Source of the DNA: a virus
Taxonomy: Duplodnaviria > Caudoviricetes
Length of the DNA stretch: 64,000 bases
IMG/VR virus record: IMGVR_UViG_2595698517_000001
Span: 92,177 to 156,176 of that record
Strand: one strand, 5' to 3'
The notes beneath the pieces are model-generated. The model ran no database searches. It was not told where the DNA came from and saw nothing but the letters and a program-made list of their open reading frames with translations. Below, one piece after another: positions 19,812-29,512 of this stretch. The translations under genes were made by a program, and so were the position numbers. Positions within the stretch are counted from its first letter, which is position 1. The number at the start of each line of letters is the position of its first letter.

Positions 19812-20084
19812 TTGCTTTCCTCCTCTTAAGTTATTAGATGTATATTATACACCTTTCTATATCTTACCACAATGATACAGCCTTATCAACACAAGTTATA
19901 ATTGACTTATTTACCGTTTATCCATTCCGTATTTATTATTTAATTATTAATTATTTATAAAGTATATAAATATAAAATACACTACGCATAAAATTAAATG
20001 TGTCAGGGAAAGGTAATAAATGATTCAGAAACATTGGTTTACCAGTATTCTAAATATGTCAAAAATATTATTTCGAAATATGTA

Positions 20085-20113
20085 TTGACACTGTGTACAT
20101 GTTCAGTTAAGAT
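20085..20113 (+). promoter_or_regulatory. Plus-strand sigmaA-like promoter
   Basis: TTGACA-17-TAAGAT, oriented against all neighbouring genes. Confidence 0.65.
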
Positions 20114-20119
20114 TAATTT

Positions 20120-20280
20120 GTAGATGCAACCAACCGATGGTCAACTCTACCTGGTCAGTAGAGGTCGGTTATTAGGATTATTTAATATTAATTTTGAGAT
20201 CGAGAACCGCCCTTATCTTTTCCAATCGCTTTCGAGTAGGGCAAAATAAAAAGAGGTACTGTGGGAGGTACCTCTTTTTT
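20120..20280 (+). ncRNA. Candidate ~160-nt small RNA
   Basis: Bounded by the promoter and a bidirectional terminator; contains an AACCGA/TCGGTT plus CTCTAC/GTAGAG hairpin; no RBS. Confidence 0.4.
20248..20280. terminator. Bidirectional terminator at the end of the structural operon
   Basis: AAAAAGAGGTAC-loop-GTACCTCTTTTTT. Confidence 0.85.
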
Positions 20281-20286
20281 CTATGC

Positions 20287-20475
20287 TTATTTTTCTTTAG
20301 CTTGCTTTAATACCGCTTCAAGCTGCTTCTTCATATCTTCTACTTCTTGTAACTTCTTCTCCAACTCTTTTGACTGCTCCTTCATTTGTCGAGCTGCTGA
20401 GATAGTAGACTTTTCAAAATTAGTAGGGACGAATATTAACGCCCCTGATTGTGGATCACGTTGTTCTATCGGCAT
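20287..20475 (-). CDS. Small coiled-coil virion-associated protein
   Basis: RDPQSGALIF start followed by a coiled coil; GGAGGGG RBS. Confidence 0.75.
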   Translation of the reverse strand: MPIEQRDPQSGALIFVPTNFEKSTISAARQMKEQSKELEKKLQEVEDMKKQLEAVLKQAKEK

Positions 20476-20490
20476 ACCGCTTTCCCCTCC

Positions 20491-23400
20491 TTATATAGCG
20501 TCCGTAGTTAGTCCAGTAAACTGTCTTACCCGTGGACGTAAGAATCGGTTATCTCCTTCAAGCGTTAGCTTATACTTAATTGAGTTCTCAACCGCTGTTT
20601 GCGCTACTTTCTCTACGAACGTATAACGAGTAAACTCTGCTGAACGTTTTGCAGTGGTAGGGGTAGACTTACATTCCTTCCAAGTTGCGCCCTGGTCTAA
20701 TGAGTAGTACGGTTTTACACGAGTACCCGCAGGTGCAGCAGCATCGTAAGAGATTGTAACCGTGTTAAACGGAGACTCCCTTTGGTCAATCGTCTTACTT
20801 ACGTAGTCCGCTTTAGTTGCTGATACGAAGTTTACGAATAGTAAATCATCAAGCGCCAACATTGGAGAAATGTATCGGTTCGATTTGAATGTAGCTCGTA
20901 ACTTCGCTAGACCTACTACGAATGGTGTTTGAATACCTGCATAGTTGATTAGCGGCAACCACGGTACACTATCGATTGATACTGTGTTGACATCCGATGC
21001 ATTTACGATCTTAACTTCCCAGTTACAACCAGTGTTCTCAGGTGTTAAGAATGATGCCATTAACAAGATACCGTTAGAGTCGATACCTTTCATTGTGTCG
21101 AACTCGATAATACCTTCTTCAGCAAACTCAGCAGTGTAGATATTGAACTTCATATCTGTCTCCTGGTGTACTGTCCAAGATACTGCGTTCGATGAACTGA
21201 ATAGAACACCGTTTACATATGGCTGAGAAACTACAGTTTGACCGTTACTTCCAAGTGTTTTCTGTCCTAGTGTCGCACACCACATTGTATAGTCCGCACT
21301 ATCTGTAATGAATACGATACAGTAACCTTCACCTGGTTTAACCATCAATGGGTCATCTAAAGCGATTCGTGTTTCTAATGAAGCATCTTCAGATACCTTA
21401 ATTTTATCAGGAGTTAAGATACGTTCAGCGTATACTGTACGGTTAGGTAAACCACCGTCTGATAAACCACGAACCTGCATAATGATGTTATCCGTTGTAG
21501 ACTTAGAACCGAAGTAAACTCCCACAGAAGTAATTACTCTTGCTTGTTGGAAAGCAAACGACTGTGCAAGAGGGTCATACAGGTTGAACGTTACACGAGT
21601 CTTAGTAATTGTATCCGTAGTAATCTTCGCTGTACCTTGAGCTGAGAACGTTGAAGTTGCTAAGTTGTCTGCATTCTGTAACGTTACTTCTCGTGTACCT
21701 GTACGAATACCCGCAGGGATCATAAACTTACCTGTTGCTTCCCCTAACGCATTAGAACGGATTGTACCTGTTTGAGAACCTGCCACTGTTGGTGCTACTG
21801 GTGTTACTGGTACTCGGACACCATCGAATGTCAGGAACAAGTTATCTGTGTTCTTCATTAAGTTTGTTGCAGTGAACGATACTTCGATTTGGCGCATGTA
21901 CTCAATAACTTCGTCACGAGTTGACTGTGCTGATTGCCATAGAACCCCTTCAGCTTTATCCGTCTTAGACCAACCTAACGACTCCTCATTCCATGCAGCT
22001 CCACCAGTTAAAGCAGTGTTATCTACTAACCACTGGTTCCAATCAGAAAGCTTACCGTTAGGGTCGCCTTCCCCTTGGTGAGCCCACCAACGGTTAATGT
22101 TCGTTGTGATATGATCTTCTTCGTAAAGTGTTACACGCTTCTCATCAATCCAGTTATCTCTCTCAGGAGAGAGTTTTAGAACACCTTGCTTGTTGTATAC
22201 CTGGTACGGGTTAACGTTCCAAGCCGATGTAGCTAATGGTTGACTGATTTCTTTAATCTCTTTGAATGGTGCAGTTACTAATCGACCCCATGAGTGTGAC
22301 ACGGACTCGTTCTCCATGAACTTAGGACGTACCTTTTGGTCATCAGGAGTTTTAGTTGGGATTGTGATAGTAGCGTCATCAAATGAGAATGATACAGAAG
22401 ATAGTCCTGTGTCTAATCGATTGAAGTCCGTAAAGGCATCTGCGAACAATCCACGTAGCGTTAATGGGTCTTCAGTCTTTGTAGCCTGTTTCTCAAGCAT
22501 GATTAGGGCTTGGTTGTATTCCAAGTTCTCTACACGAGTCTTAAGCTTCTGTAAGTCTTCCATACGTAAACGCATAACCGCAGTGTTCTTAGCTGCTGCA
22601 AAGTCAGAGTAAGGATAGATGTGAATGTTACCAATTTTCAGAGAAAGCGGGTCACGGTTCTCAGGCTGTTTGGTTACACCTTCACGATCAGGTTGCCCTT
22701 CGATAACTGAGAAGTTACCCGCAGCATCTAGTGTAACGATGTCTTCTCGTGATAAGTAGTAATCGTAATCGACACGAACTGTTCCGCCCTCTTTTGGTTT
22801 AACTCCTGTCATACCATTGAAATCTACTTCAGTAGTTGCTCCTGGTATTTTCTCACCTAATGGAGTATTCGTAACTTTGTAGTCTGTTCCTGCTTTCATT
22901 ACACGGTCATACTCAAACGTTAATTTGTATGTTGTTCCTGGTGTTGGTTCTGTACCATTTAAGCCTGTGTTCCAATCTATGTATTGAATACCGCTGTCCT
23001 GTACAACTTTGTAATCTTTGTCTCGTACGTACACTGTTGTATTGAATGAAAGAACCACAGTAGTAGGGTCTATATTCGTGTACTGAGCAGGGATAGCGTC
23101 TCGACCATCTAGAACACCTTTAGAGATTTGAACGCCACCTGCGGGGCTTAGAGTGCGTCCTACAACGTTTGTAACTGCTTTAACGAATGAACTACCTACA
23201 GTCACTTTCGCCTTAGCTGTGTTATATGTGCTTGTCTCTTGTACAATCGAACGGAACTCTTTTGATTTATTGATTGCAATACGAGTAGATGTAGGTTTGC
23301 TGATACGGTAACCCATTACGTATGCTAGACCTTTATCAATAATAAGGTCAATCTTTTCTGCATCTTGACCTTTCTCAGTCCACATTTCGAACCCTTCTAC

Positions 23401-23991
23401 CTGGTAGTTACCTGATTCTTCTACAGTACGTTGTGCTAACACCTGGTTAATTACAGAGAACTCAGGACGGTCAGGCTCGATGAATAGTTTACCATCTTCA
23501 AAACGATAGATAGAAGCTGTAGTATCATCGTTGTACGTAAGAACTACTTCTTCTTGTAATCGGTCTGCACCAGGAGATAAATAGCTAGGTGCGTTTTGTG
23601 TTTGATCTAAAAGTGTAGGGTCTTCGTTATACGTGATAACTTTTTGAACTACTTTTACACCAATGATTTCTGTACCTTTGTTTGCAAAAGGAATTGTTTG
23701 TTTCTTGATTGGTCGAATCTTACCTGCTAAATAAAGTAACCCTTCTTCAATCGTAATTTTTGTCGGGTTATCCTTGTTGTCAAAGCTGAAAGCCATACCT
23801 GTTTGAATTGCACCATCTGCGAAGATACTATCACCTAATCGTCTTAGGTTGTCTTCTGCAATGGACTGTAACTCATTTAGCTCCGCTTGTTGTAGCGGTC
23901 TGTCAGAACGGAAAAGCGCTTTAGAACGACCACTCTTACGGTCGAATCTGTCATTATACGGATATAGGCTTAAATCGATGTTATCTGCCAA
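20491..23991 (-). CDS. Large baseplate/adsorption protein (DUF4815/VrlC-like)
   Basis: PYNDRFD, LQQAELNELQS, PGADRL, RTVEESGNY and DPLAQSF motifs; position in the module. Confidence 0.85.
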   Translation of the reverse strand: MADNIDLSLYPYNDRFDRKSGRSKALFRSDRPLQQAELNELQSIAEDNLRRLGDSIFADGAIQTGMAFSFDNKDNPTKITIEEGLLYLAGKIRPIKKQTIPFANKGTEIIGVKVVQKVITYNEDPTLLDQTQNAPSYLSPGADRLQEEVVLTYNDDTTASIYRFEDGKLFIEPDRPEFSVINQVLAQRTVEESGNYQVEGFEMWTEKGQDAEKIDLIIDKGLAYVMGYRISKPTSTRIAINKSKEFRSIVQETSTYNTAKAKVTVGSSFVKAVTNVVGRTLSPAGGVQISKGVLDGRDAIPAQYTNIDPTTVVLSFNTTVYVRDKDYKVVQDSGIQYIDWNTGLNGTEPTPGTTYKLTFEYDRVMKAGTDYKVTNTPLGEKIPGATTEVDFNGMTGVKPKEGGTVRVDYDYYLSREDIVTLDAAGNFSVIEGQPDREGVTKQPENRDPLSLKIGNIHIYPYSDFAAAKNTAVMRLRMEDLQKLKTRVENLEYNQALIMLEKQATKTEDPLTLRGLFADAFTDFNRLDTGLSSVSFSFDDATITIPTKTPDDQKVRPKFMENESVSHSWGRLVTAPFKEIKEISQPLATSAWNVNPYQVYNKQGVLKLSPERDNWIDEKRVTLYEEDHITTNINRWWAHQGEGDPNGKLSDWNQWLVDNTALTGGAAWNEESLGWSKTDKAEGVLWQSAQSTRDEVIEYMRQIEVSFTATNLMKNTDNLFLTFDGVRVPVTPVAPTVAGSQTGTIRSNALGEATGKFMIPAGIRTGTREVTLQNADNLATSTFSAQGTAKITTDTITKTRVTFNLYDPLAQSFAFQQARVITSVGVYFGSKSTTDNIIMQVRGLSDGGLPNRTVYAERILTPDKIKVSEDASLETRIALDDPLMVKPGEGYCIVFITDSADYTMWCATLGQKTLGSNGQTVVSQPYVNGVLFSSSNAVSWTVHQETDMKFNIYTAEFAEEGIIEFDTMKGIDSNGILLMASFLTPENTGCNWEVKIVNASDVNTVSIDSVPWLPLINYAGIQTPFVVGLAKLRATFKSNRYISPMLALDDLLFVNFVSATKADYVSKTIDQRESPFNTVTISYDAAAPAGTRVKPYYSLDQGATWKECKSTPTTAKRSAEFTRYTFVEKVAQTAVENSIKYKLTLEGDNRFLRPRVRQFTGLTTDAI

Positions 23992-24006
23992 AGTTGTTCA
24001 CTCCTT

Positions 24007-25029
24007 CTATTGGAACTCAATCATAAATTGCTCGTCCATTTTTAAATCTATTGTGCGCCCTTGTAAGTCCCTGGAATCTGTAATTAGCTTTGTTCCTGGG
24101 CTTGTAACCTCGGAAGGATACATTGTGTCTTTCTTTTCCCCTTTAGGTACTAAGTTAAAGAACAGTTCTACCTTCGAGTAGGCTTGGTCTTGGAAGTCTT
24201 TACCTTCCACTGTTACATTTATGTATAACCACTTCGCTCCCTCGGCTACAGCCTTATCTCTAGGAACGAGAACATACGGTTTGTTACCGTACATTACGAC
24301 TGGATACGGAGGGTTTTTAACGTCCTCTGTATCCTTAAGTGGTCTTGCTAACATGATTTTATGAACCCTCTTATAACCAATTATATCAGATTGTGCGATT
24401 GACACGTATGTACTGTCCCTATTTGCTTGCATTTTCATTGCTTCGTCTACAGGAACTGTCCCCTGCTTAACCTTAAATGGTATTGCATTAGGATTGTATG
24501 CCTTTGGTTGTCTTGTTAAATGAACTGTCACACCTGCGGGCTTAAACTTCTTAACCACGTCTATAACTGCGTAAGGGAAGTTGTTAGCAAAGAATATGTC
24601 AATTACTGCTGTCGTGTAATATTCTCCTAGCAGGTGGTCTTTACCGTTTAGCTTAGATTGGTTCAAGAAGAAAATGTTATTGAATGGCTCATAAATGTTT
24701 ACGTATGTATTCGGGTCTCCTAAGAAAGCCAGGATCGCTTTTTTAATAGCAGGGATTGTCCCTCTGTCAAGCAAGATGTACTGAATGATTCGGGCTCTAT
24801 AGTCCGTATCAGTTTCATTGTCTTGTCGTATAACTCCGAATATGTCTCCGTATTCATCTAGCCATCTACCTGTAGCAGTCTCTAACGATTCGTCTAGCCT
24901 ACTGGAAATAGCATCTGCTTCTGTAAGCTTAAGCTCATCATCGATAGCAGCCAGGATCGCTGCATTCGCTTCTGTTTTATCTACTAGTCGAGTCTTCCAC
25001 CCTGGGTGTAGATGTTTTAAAAATGACAT
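24007..25029 (-). CDS. Baseplate wedge protein (gpI-like)
   Basis: TATGRWLDEYGDIFGVIR...ETDTDYRARI and KPAGV motifs. Confidence 0.85.
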   Translation of the reverse strand: MSFLKHLHPGWKTRLVDKTEANAAILAAIDDELKLTEADAISSRLDESLETATGRWLDEYGDIFGVIRQDNETDTDYRARIIQYILLDRGTIPAIKKAILAFLGDPNTYVNIYEPFNNIFFLNQSKLNGKDHLLGEYYTTAVIDIFFANNFPYAVIDVVKKFKPAGVTVHLTRQPKAYNPNAIPFKVKQGTVPVDEAMKMQANRDSTYVSIAQSDIIGYKRVHKIMLARPLKDTEDVKNPPYPVVMYGNKPYVLVPRDKAVAEGAKWLYINVTVEGKDFQDQAYSKVELFFNLVPKGEKKDTMYPSEVTSPGTKLITDSRDLQGRTIDLKMDEQFMIEFQ

Positions 25030-25041
25030 TCTGTGTACCTC

Positions 25042-26088
25042 CTACTCTAGAGTTACTTTAATTGTTCCTGCACGGATAATCTCATTCCCTGCAACCAGGA
25101 TATTCCCTGTTGGGTTGGCAAATGAGATGTCGTAAATGAGCTGCTTGTCAAGCCCTTTAATAACACTAGACAGATCAGATAGAATCAAACTTTGGGAAGT
25201 CTGCATGTTATTTAAGTAACGAGAAATTTCTCCTACGATTTTATCCTGGAACGCTTTTGTAATAGCTAATTTGTTTGTTAATGTTATTTTAACATCTACA
25301 TCTATTGTTCTACGTACTACGGGCATAACTCGAACTGGAATACCACCTGGTCTGAAATTTTCTAATGTTGCGACAATTTTAGCTTTAACATCGTCAGGTA
25401 GGTCTCCGTTTCGGTCGTGAGCATACACGTTGATAAGACCTGTCTGTTCGTCAATCCATACGCCCGCTACTTCAGGAACTGAACGAGTACCGTATTCAAT
25501 AGCAGGGATCGTACCTTTACTTAATGATTCAATGTATGAACGGAAACGAGACTTCATTTCATCTAGCGGTTCTTCATTCTGTCCAGTTTGGAAAGCTTGT
25601 GCATTATTTACTGTCTTGATGTTCGCTAGAGGAGTCATCATGATATTTACTACGTTTGCAGGAATGTTACCAACCTCACCAGGGATCGTGCAATATACTT
25701 GTACTTCAGCAGTTACTGTTCCTTGCGGGATGTAGTAGTCCACTAATGTTTCGTATGTGTTCGAGTAGTCTCCCAGGCTAGATGTGAAGCGTGTACCTCT
25801 TGCTAAAGCTACTGTTTGCTGTAAGGCATTGTGGAAAACAATTTGCACCTTACCGTATGCTTTACGTGGCGGCTTTCTTGTAAACCCGAATGAAGCGAAT
25901 ATACCTGCTGCAATGGCTTCCTGGATATTCTCCTCTGTTAGTACATAGAACTGCTCTAGCTCTGTAGCAATGGCTTCGTATATCGCTCTCATGGCACTAC
26001 CGATTGAGAAGTCATTAATCTTTCTTGTGTTTGTAATCGTGTGGTCTACAAGTCGTGCGTAGATTTCTGTCATTTGTTTATATCTCAA
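25042..26088 (-). CDS. Baseplate J-like protein
   Basis: DFSIGS, PGEVGNIPAN, GQNEEPLDEMKSRF motifs. Confidence 0.9.
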   Translation of the reverse strand: MRYKQMTEIYARLVDHTITNTRKINDFSIGSAMRAIYEAIATELEQFYVLTEENIQEAIAAGIFASFGFTRKPPRKAYGKVQIVFHNALQQTVALARGTRFTSSLGDYSNTYETLVDYYIPQGTVTAEVQVYCTIPGEVGNIPANVVNIMMTPLANIKTVNNAQAFQTGQNEEPLDEMKSRFRSYIESLSKGTIPAIEYGTRSVPEVAGVWIDEQTGLINVYAHDRNGDLPDDVKAKIVATLENFRPGGIPVRVMPVVRRTIDVDVKITLTNKLAITKAFQDKIVGEISRYLNNMQTSQSLILSDLSSVIKGLDKQLIYDISFANPTGNILVAGNEIIRAGTIKVTLE

Positions 26089-26100
26089 GGTGTAAACCTC

Positions 26101-26844
26101 CTATCTTATATTCGTATCGCTAAAGTTATCGTCTAGTAACAATCTACCTGACTCCCCTGATCTCACTGCAAAGATAAAGGCTTCGTCTAATGCAATCGAG
26201 AAGATTTTGAAAGCTGCTGTGAATGTGTTCCCACTAATGGAATGTCCTAGCTTCTCAACATTTCGAACCCTACCATCTGTTCTTATCGTTCTTTCAATCT
26301 CTACAGCTAATAGTGCCGCATTCTCTTCTGTGTTCTTTTTACCGATGTATTCATGGATTCTAGAACCATATCGAGGGTGTCCCAGGTAACTTCCCATTGG
26401 AGTGATTAAGCGCACGTATAAAGATTGCTTCAGGTTCTCAATACCTCTAATCGTTTTGACATCTCCCTTACCGTCATCCTTCAGTTCTAGTATTTCAGCG
26501 TCCCATCCAGGGCTACCAAACTGTTTAGGTAACGGTAGAATGTCCAAGTCTTTACCTAGCGACAGTGCATAGATTTCTTCCTGGTCAAACTCGTTTGTTC
26601 TCTTTAACGTAGAGATTAGTTCTGCTTCTGTATCATCTGAAACTCGAACCATTAACGTATCACCAATTGTTAATAGATGGTCGGGGTTCTGCATCTTTTC
26701 ATCTACTGTGTCTACGATGTATGGGTAACGTAAGTTGTTGAATCGTGCTAACTCTACCCAACGAGTTACATCCCCATACTCTTGTTGAGCGATTGCTTGC
26801 ATTGTATCTCCGTAAGATATAATTTTCTTTCTGAATTTAACCAT
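26101..26844 (-). CDS. Baseplate wedge protein (LysM-like plus gp25-like domain)
   Basis: GDTMQAIAQQEYGDVTRWVELARFNNL; RLITPMGSYLGHPRYGS. Confidence 0.85.
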   Translation of the reverse strand: MVKFRKKIISYGDTMQAIAQQEYGDVTRWVELARFNNLRYPYIVDTVDEKMQNPDHLLTIGDTLMVRVSDDTEAELISTLKRTNEFDQEEIYALSLGKDLDILPLPKQFGSPGWDAEILELKDDGKGDVKTIRGIENLKQSLYVRLITPMGSYLGHPRYGSRIHEYIGKKNTEENAALLAVEIERTIRTDGRVRNVEKLGHSISGNTFTAAFKIFSIALDEAFIFAVRSGESGRLLLDDNFSDTNIR

Positions 26845-27383
26845 TATCTCACCGTCCAATTGTTGCTCATAATTACGTCAATTTGGTTTTCTAAGTACCC
26901 GAAGGAGATATTCATGTTTCGTAGAGTTTCGATCATACTACGGTATTTCTTTTCCGTACCGAAGTAGTCTGCAAGGTAGTTAATGTTTTCCTTAATTCGT
27001 AGGAAGTCCTTTGCAGCAATGTATTGTAGATTCGTACTAGCTGCTTCTATGCTGTATAGTAGAGCAAACGATTCTAAAACTACCGAAGTCATTAACGCAT
27101 AAATTCTCGGGTTGTATGTAGCTAGGTCACTTTTCATAACTTGGGCTACAATTGTATTTGGGTCTAGCTCCACATTGATTAATTCGATCTTGTCAGCCTT
27201 GATGTCTTCTAATGTCAATCGTGCTACAGAAGATAAACTGTACACAGGATTGTACAAAGTGGAAACAAACTCTTTTGAGTCGTCTAGTACGTTAAATGGA
27301 ATCGTACCGTCACTTAGCACAGGCACACTAGAGACGAATTTCACTAAGTCTAGCGGCTTCTTAATTGCCATTCTTAATACCAC
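26844..27383 (-). CDS. Baseplate-region structural protein
   Basis: Position within the baseplate operon. Confidence 0.7.
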   Translation of the reverse strand: MVLRMAIKKPLDLVKFVSSVPVLSDGTIPFNVLDDSKEFVSTLYNPVYSLSSVARLTLEDIKADKIELINVELDPNTIVAQVMKSDLATYNPRIYALMTSVVLESFALLYSIEAASTNLQYIAAKDFLRIKENINYLADYFGTEKKYRSMIETLRNMNISFGYLENQIDVIMSNNWTVR

Positions 27384-28231
27384 CTTCCGTAGTAACCAAT
27401 GTTAAACCCTAGTCCTGACATTCCGTACTGGTATGCTAACGGTGAAGGGCTTTGTGGGTTAACTGGGTTACGTCCTGTTCCTGGAATATAAATACTGTCG
27501 TCTCCTTTATTATATATCCCATCGTTACCTGAGCTCGGATCGTAGCCCCCGTTACCTTTATTACCGCCTGAACCTGAGCCTGAATTAGACCCTCCGCCAG
27601 GTAAAATAGGTGTAGGCATTCCGATAGACCCACCTAATGGAGGTAGAATCGGGCTAGGAATCCAAACACTTCCACCAGGAGGAGTTACGTTTGGTAGACC
27701 TGAGCTCCCACCACCTGGGTTTACTGTAGGGTATCTGTTTCCGATTTCAGGTTGTACCACATCATCGTCCGCAGGATCAGTAGATTTACGCAGAATAACG
27801 AATTTGATTTCGTATCGATACATTAGTGGAGCGTTAACATCTTGTGTATATGTAACCCCTTCAGGAGACAAGTGGACTACAAAGCTCTCATCGTTTGTAA
27901 AGTTGTGGAAGTAAAAGTCCTCGGCAGCAGTTCTACCATTACCGCCTGTCTCTGCATAATCTTCTAAGAAGGCTTTCATTTCTTTTATCTTAGCAATCCC
28001 TCGGTCTGAAGCTTTACCTGTAGGGTTGAAACCAGTTGTACCACTGATTGTGTAAGTAGGAATATCACTTTGGAAGTCTTCTACGATGATACGACTCTTT
28101 GTTTTCAGTACAGTTGTACGGTGCGGTCTTACATAAGTCATATTCTCAGGGTTTAAAGCAAAGCGGAAAAACTTATTTCCTACCTGGAATGCAATTTTCT
28201 TTAAAACATTTCTACCATCTGACATTGGCAT
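27374..28231 (-). CDS. Baseplate/tail-tube initiator-like protein with Gly/Pro-rich tail
   Basis: FALNPE, ISGTTG, PLMYRYEIKF motifs; position. Confidence 0.7.
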   Translation of the reverse strand: MPMSDGRNVLKKIAFQVGNKFFRFALNPENMTYVRPHRTTVLKTKSRIIVEDFQSDIPTYTISGTTGFNPTGKASDRGIAKIKEMKAFLEDYAETGGNGRTAAEDFYFHNFTNDESFVVHLSPEGVTYTQDVNAPLMYRYEIKFVILRKSTDPADDDVVQPEIGNRYPTVNPGGGSSGLPNVTPPGGSVWIPSPILPPLGGSIGMPTPILPGGGSNSGSGSGGNKGNGGYDPSSGNDGIYNKGDDSIYIPGTGRNPVNPQSPSPLAYQYGMSGLGFNIGYYGRWY

Positions 28232-28249
28232 GTTGTATCACCTCTCTTA

Positions 28250-28259
28250 TAATATAAGA
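28250..28259 (-). promoter_or_regulatory. Late promoter motif TCTTATATTA
   Basis: Variant of the TGTTATATTA motif found before several structural genes here. Confidence 0.55.
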
Positions 28260-28281
28260 AAAGACGGGATGATTTCCCGTC

Positions 28282-28764
28282 TTAAAGCACTCTAGTTAGT
28301 GGATATTTATGTATTAATTCTTCAGGAGTGACATCATAGAGAAATTCCGTATCTTTTCGCTTAACTCCCGCTAGATAAAATGACCTGTCCACGACTTCAG
28401 AGCAAGTAAGTTTCTTTTGATTGTTGAATAAAGTTCGTTTAATACGGAATACTATTCGAACAAACATCTCTAATATTTGTGCATAGTCGTAATCCGTACC
28501 TTCTAAACTAGTCGCAAGCTCTACAATCTTTTCTCTCTCCTCTTGCGTTAGGTTCTCTAAGCGATATATGTGTGTGATATTTTTATCATACTCTATAGGT
28601 ACGATCCTAGTTTTTGTAAATCTATCCGCTTCGATTATTGTATTAGCATTGATCGCTAAAGCAACATGGCTATAGGGTGACTTAGTAAAATAACTAATCA
28701 CCCTGCCAATGAAGCCCGTAGGTCTATAGAATATGACATCTGCCGCTTGTAGATCAGTCGTCAT
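28282..28764 (-). CDS. Permuted papain-like NlpC/P60 enzyme (YiiX/YaeF-like)
   Basis: His before Cys: YSHVAL...YDY...TCSE, plus VTPEEL. Confidence 0.85.
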   Translation of the reverse strand: MTTDLQAADVIFYRPTGFIGRVISYFTKSPYSHVALAINANTIIEADRFTKTRIVPIEYDKNITHIYRLENLTQEEREKIVELATSLEGTDYDYAQILEMFVRIVFRIKRTLFNNQKKLTCSEVVDRSFYLAGVKRKDTEFLYDVTPEELIHKYPLTRVL

Positions 28765-28780
28765 ATCTTAGTCACCTTTC

Positions 28781-28960
28781 TTATTTAGAAGGTTTCTTTG
28801 CTTCTGTTAACTGCTCTTGCAACTTAGCTTTCTCTTCTTCTAACTGACCGATATAAGCCTTCAGCCTAATGTTCTCGGATGTTAAATCGAAGATAGCTGC
28901 CTGTTGTTCGTTGAAAATGAACTTTGGGTTAATCTCTTTTCTTTGTGGTTGTTGTTCCAT
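28781..28960 (-). CDS. 59-aa coiled-coil protein (MEQQPQRKEINPKFIFNEQQAAIFDLTSENIRLKAYIGQLEEEK...)
   Basis: Not in the ORF track; AGGAGG RBS. Confidence 0.75.
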   Translation of the reverse strand: MEQQPQRKEINPKFIFNEQQAAIFDLTSENIRLKAYIGQLEEEKAKLQEQLTEAKKPSK

Positions 28961-28984
28961 TTTGGTTCCTCCTATGCTTATCTA

Positions 28985-29497
28985 TTATTTATTTGGTGCT
29001 TCACCAGTCCAAGAAACTGCTACAAGTTCTTCGTGTGTCGTAGCGTTGATAATAGCATTGACTTTCTCGTTATATTTGAACAACTGAGTTTCTTTGTGTG
29101 TATACGCTTCAGCCTGTACTACTAACCAATCTTCTCTTGTATGTACTACGTACCCTGCATCCTCTGTTTTCCACGGAACCTCCGTAGCTTCAGGGTGGTC
29201 ACGAAGCCAGTCTTTCTTACCTAAGAAGTTAATTTGGTCATTCTCATTTAGACGGTATCTATGTCCGTTAACCGATTTAAACCCTAACTTAATATATACA
29301 TCAGAGAACTCGTCCATCATAGATGTTTTAAGTTCCTTGTGATACTTCAAGATGTCTTCAGGTTTAACTTGCCACATAGTTGTACCTTGCTTACGAGCAA
29401 TAGCGCTAATTAAAGAGTCTTGGTTGTTTGGTTGCATTTTGTTAAACCCTACCATAATAAGTTCTTTGTCATAAACTGGTAAGCTATCGTATATCAT
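28985..29497 (-). CDS. Tail fibre assembly-type protein (DUF4376-like)
   Basis: DQINF, WKTED and 'INATTHEELVAVSW' C-terminal pattern; follows the fibre gene. Confidence 0.7.
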   Translation of the reverse strand: MIYDSLPVYDKELIMVGFNKMQPNNQDSLISAIARKQGTTMWQVKPEDILKYHKELKTSMMDEFSDVYIKLGFKSVNGHRYRLNENDQINFLGKKDWLRDHPEATEVPWKTEDAGYVVHTREDWLVVQAEAYTHKETQLFKYNEKVNAIINATTHEELVAVSWTGEAPNK

Positions 29498-29512
29498 TGG
29501 TTATTTCTCTCC

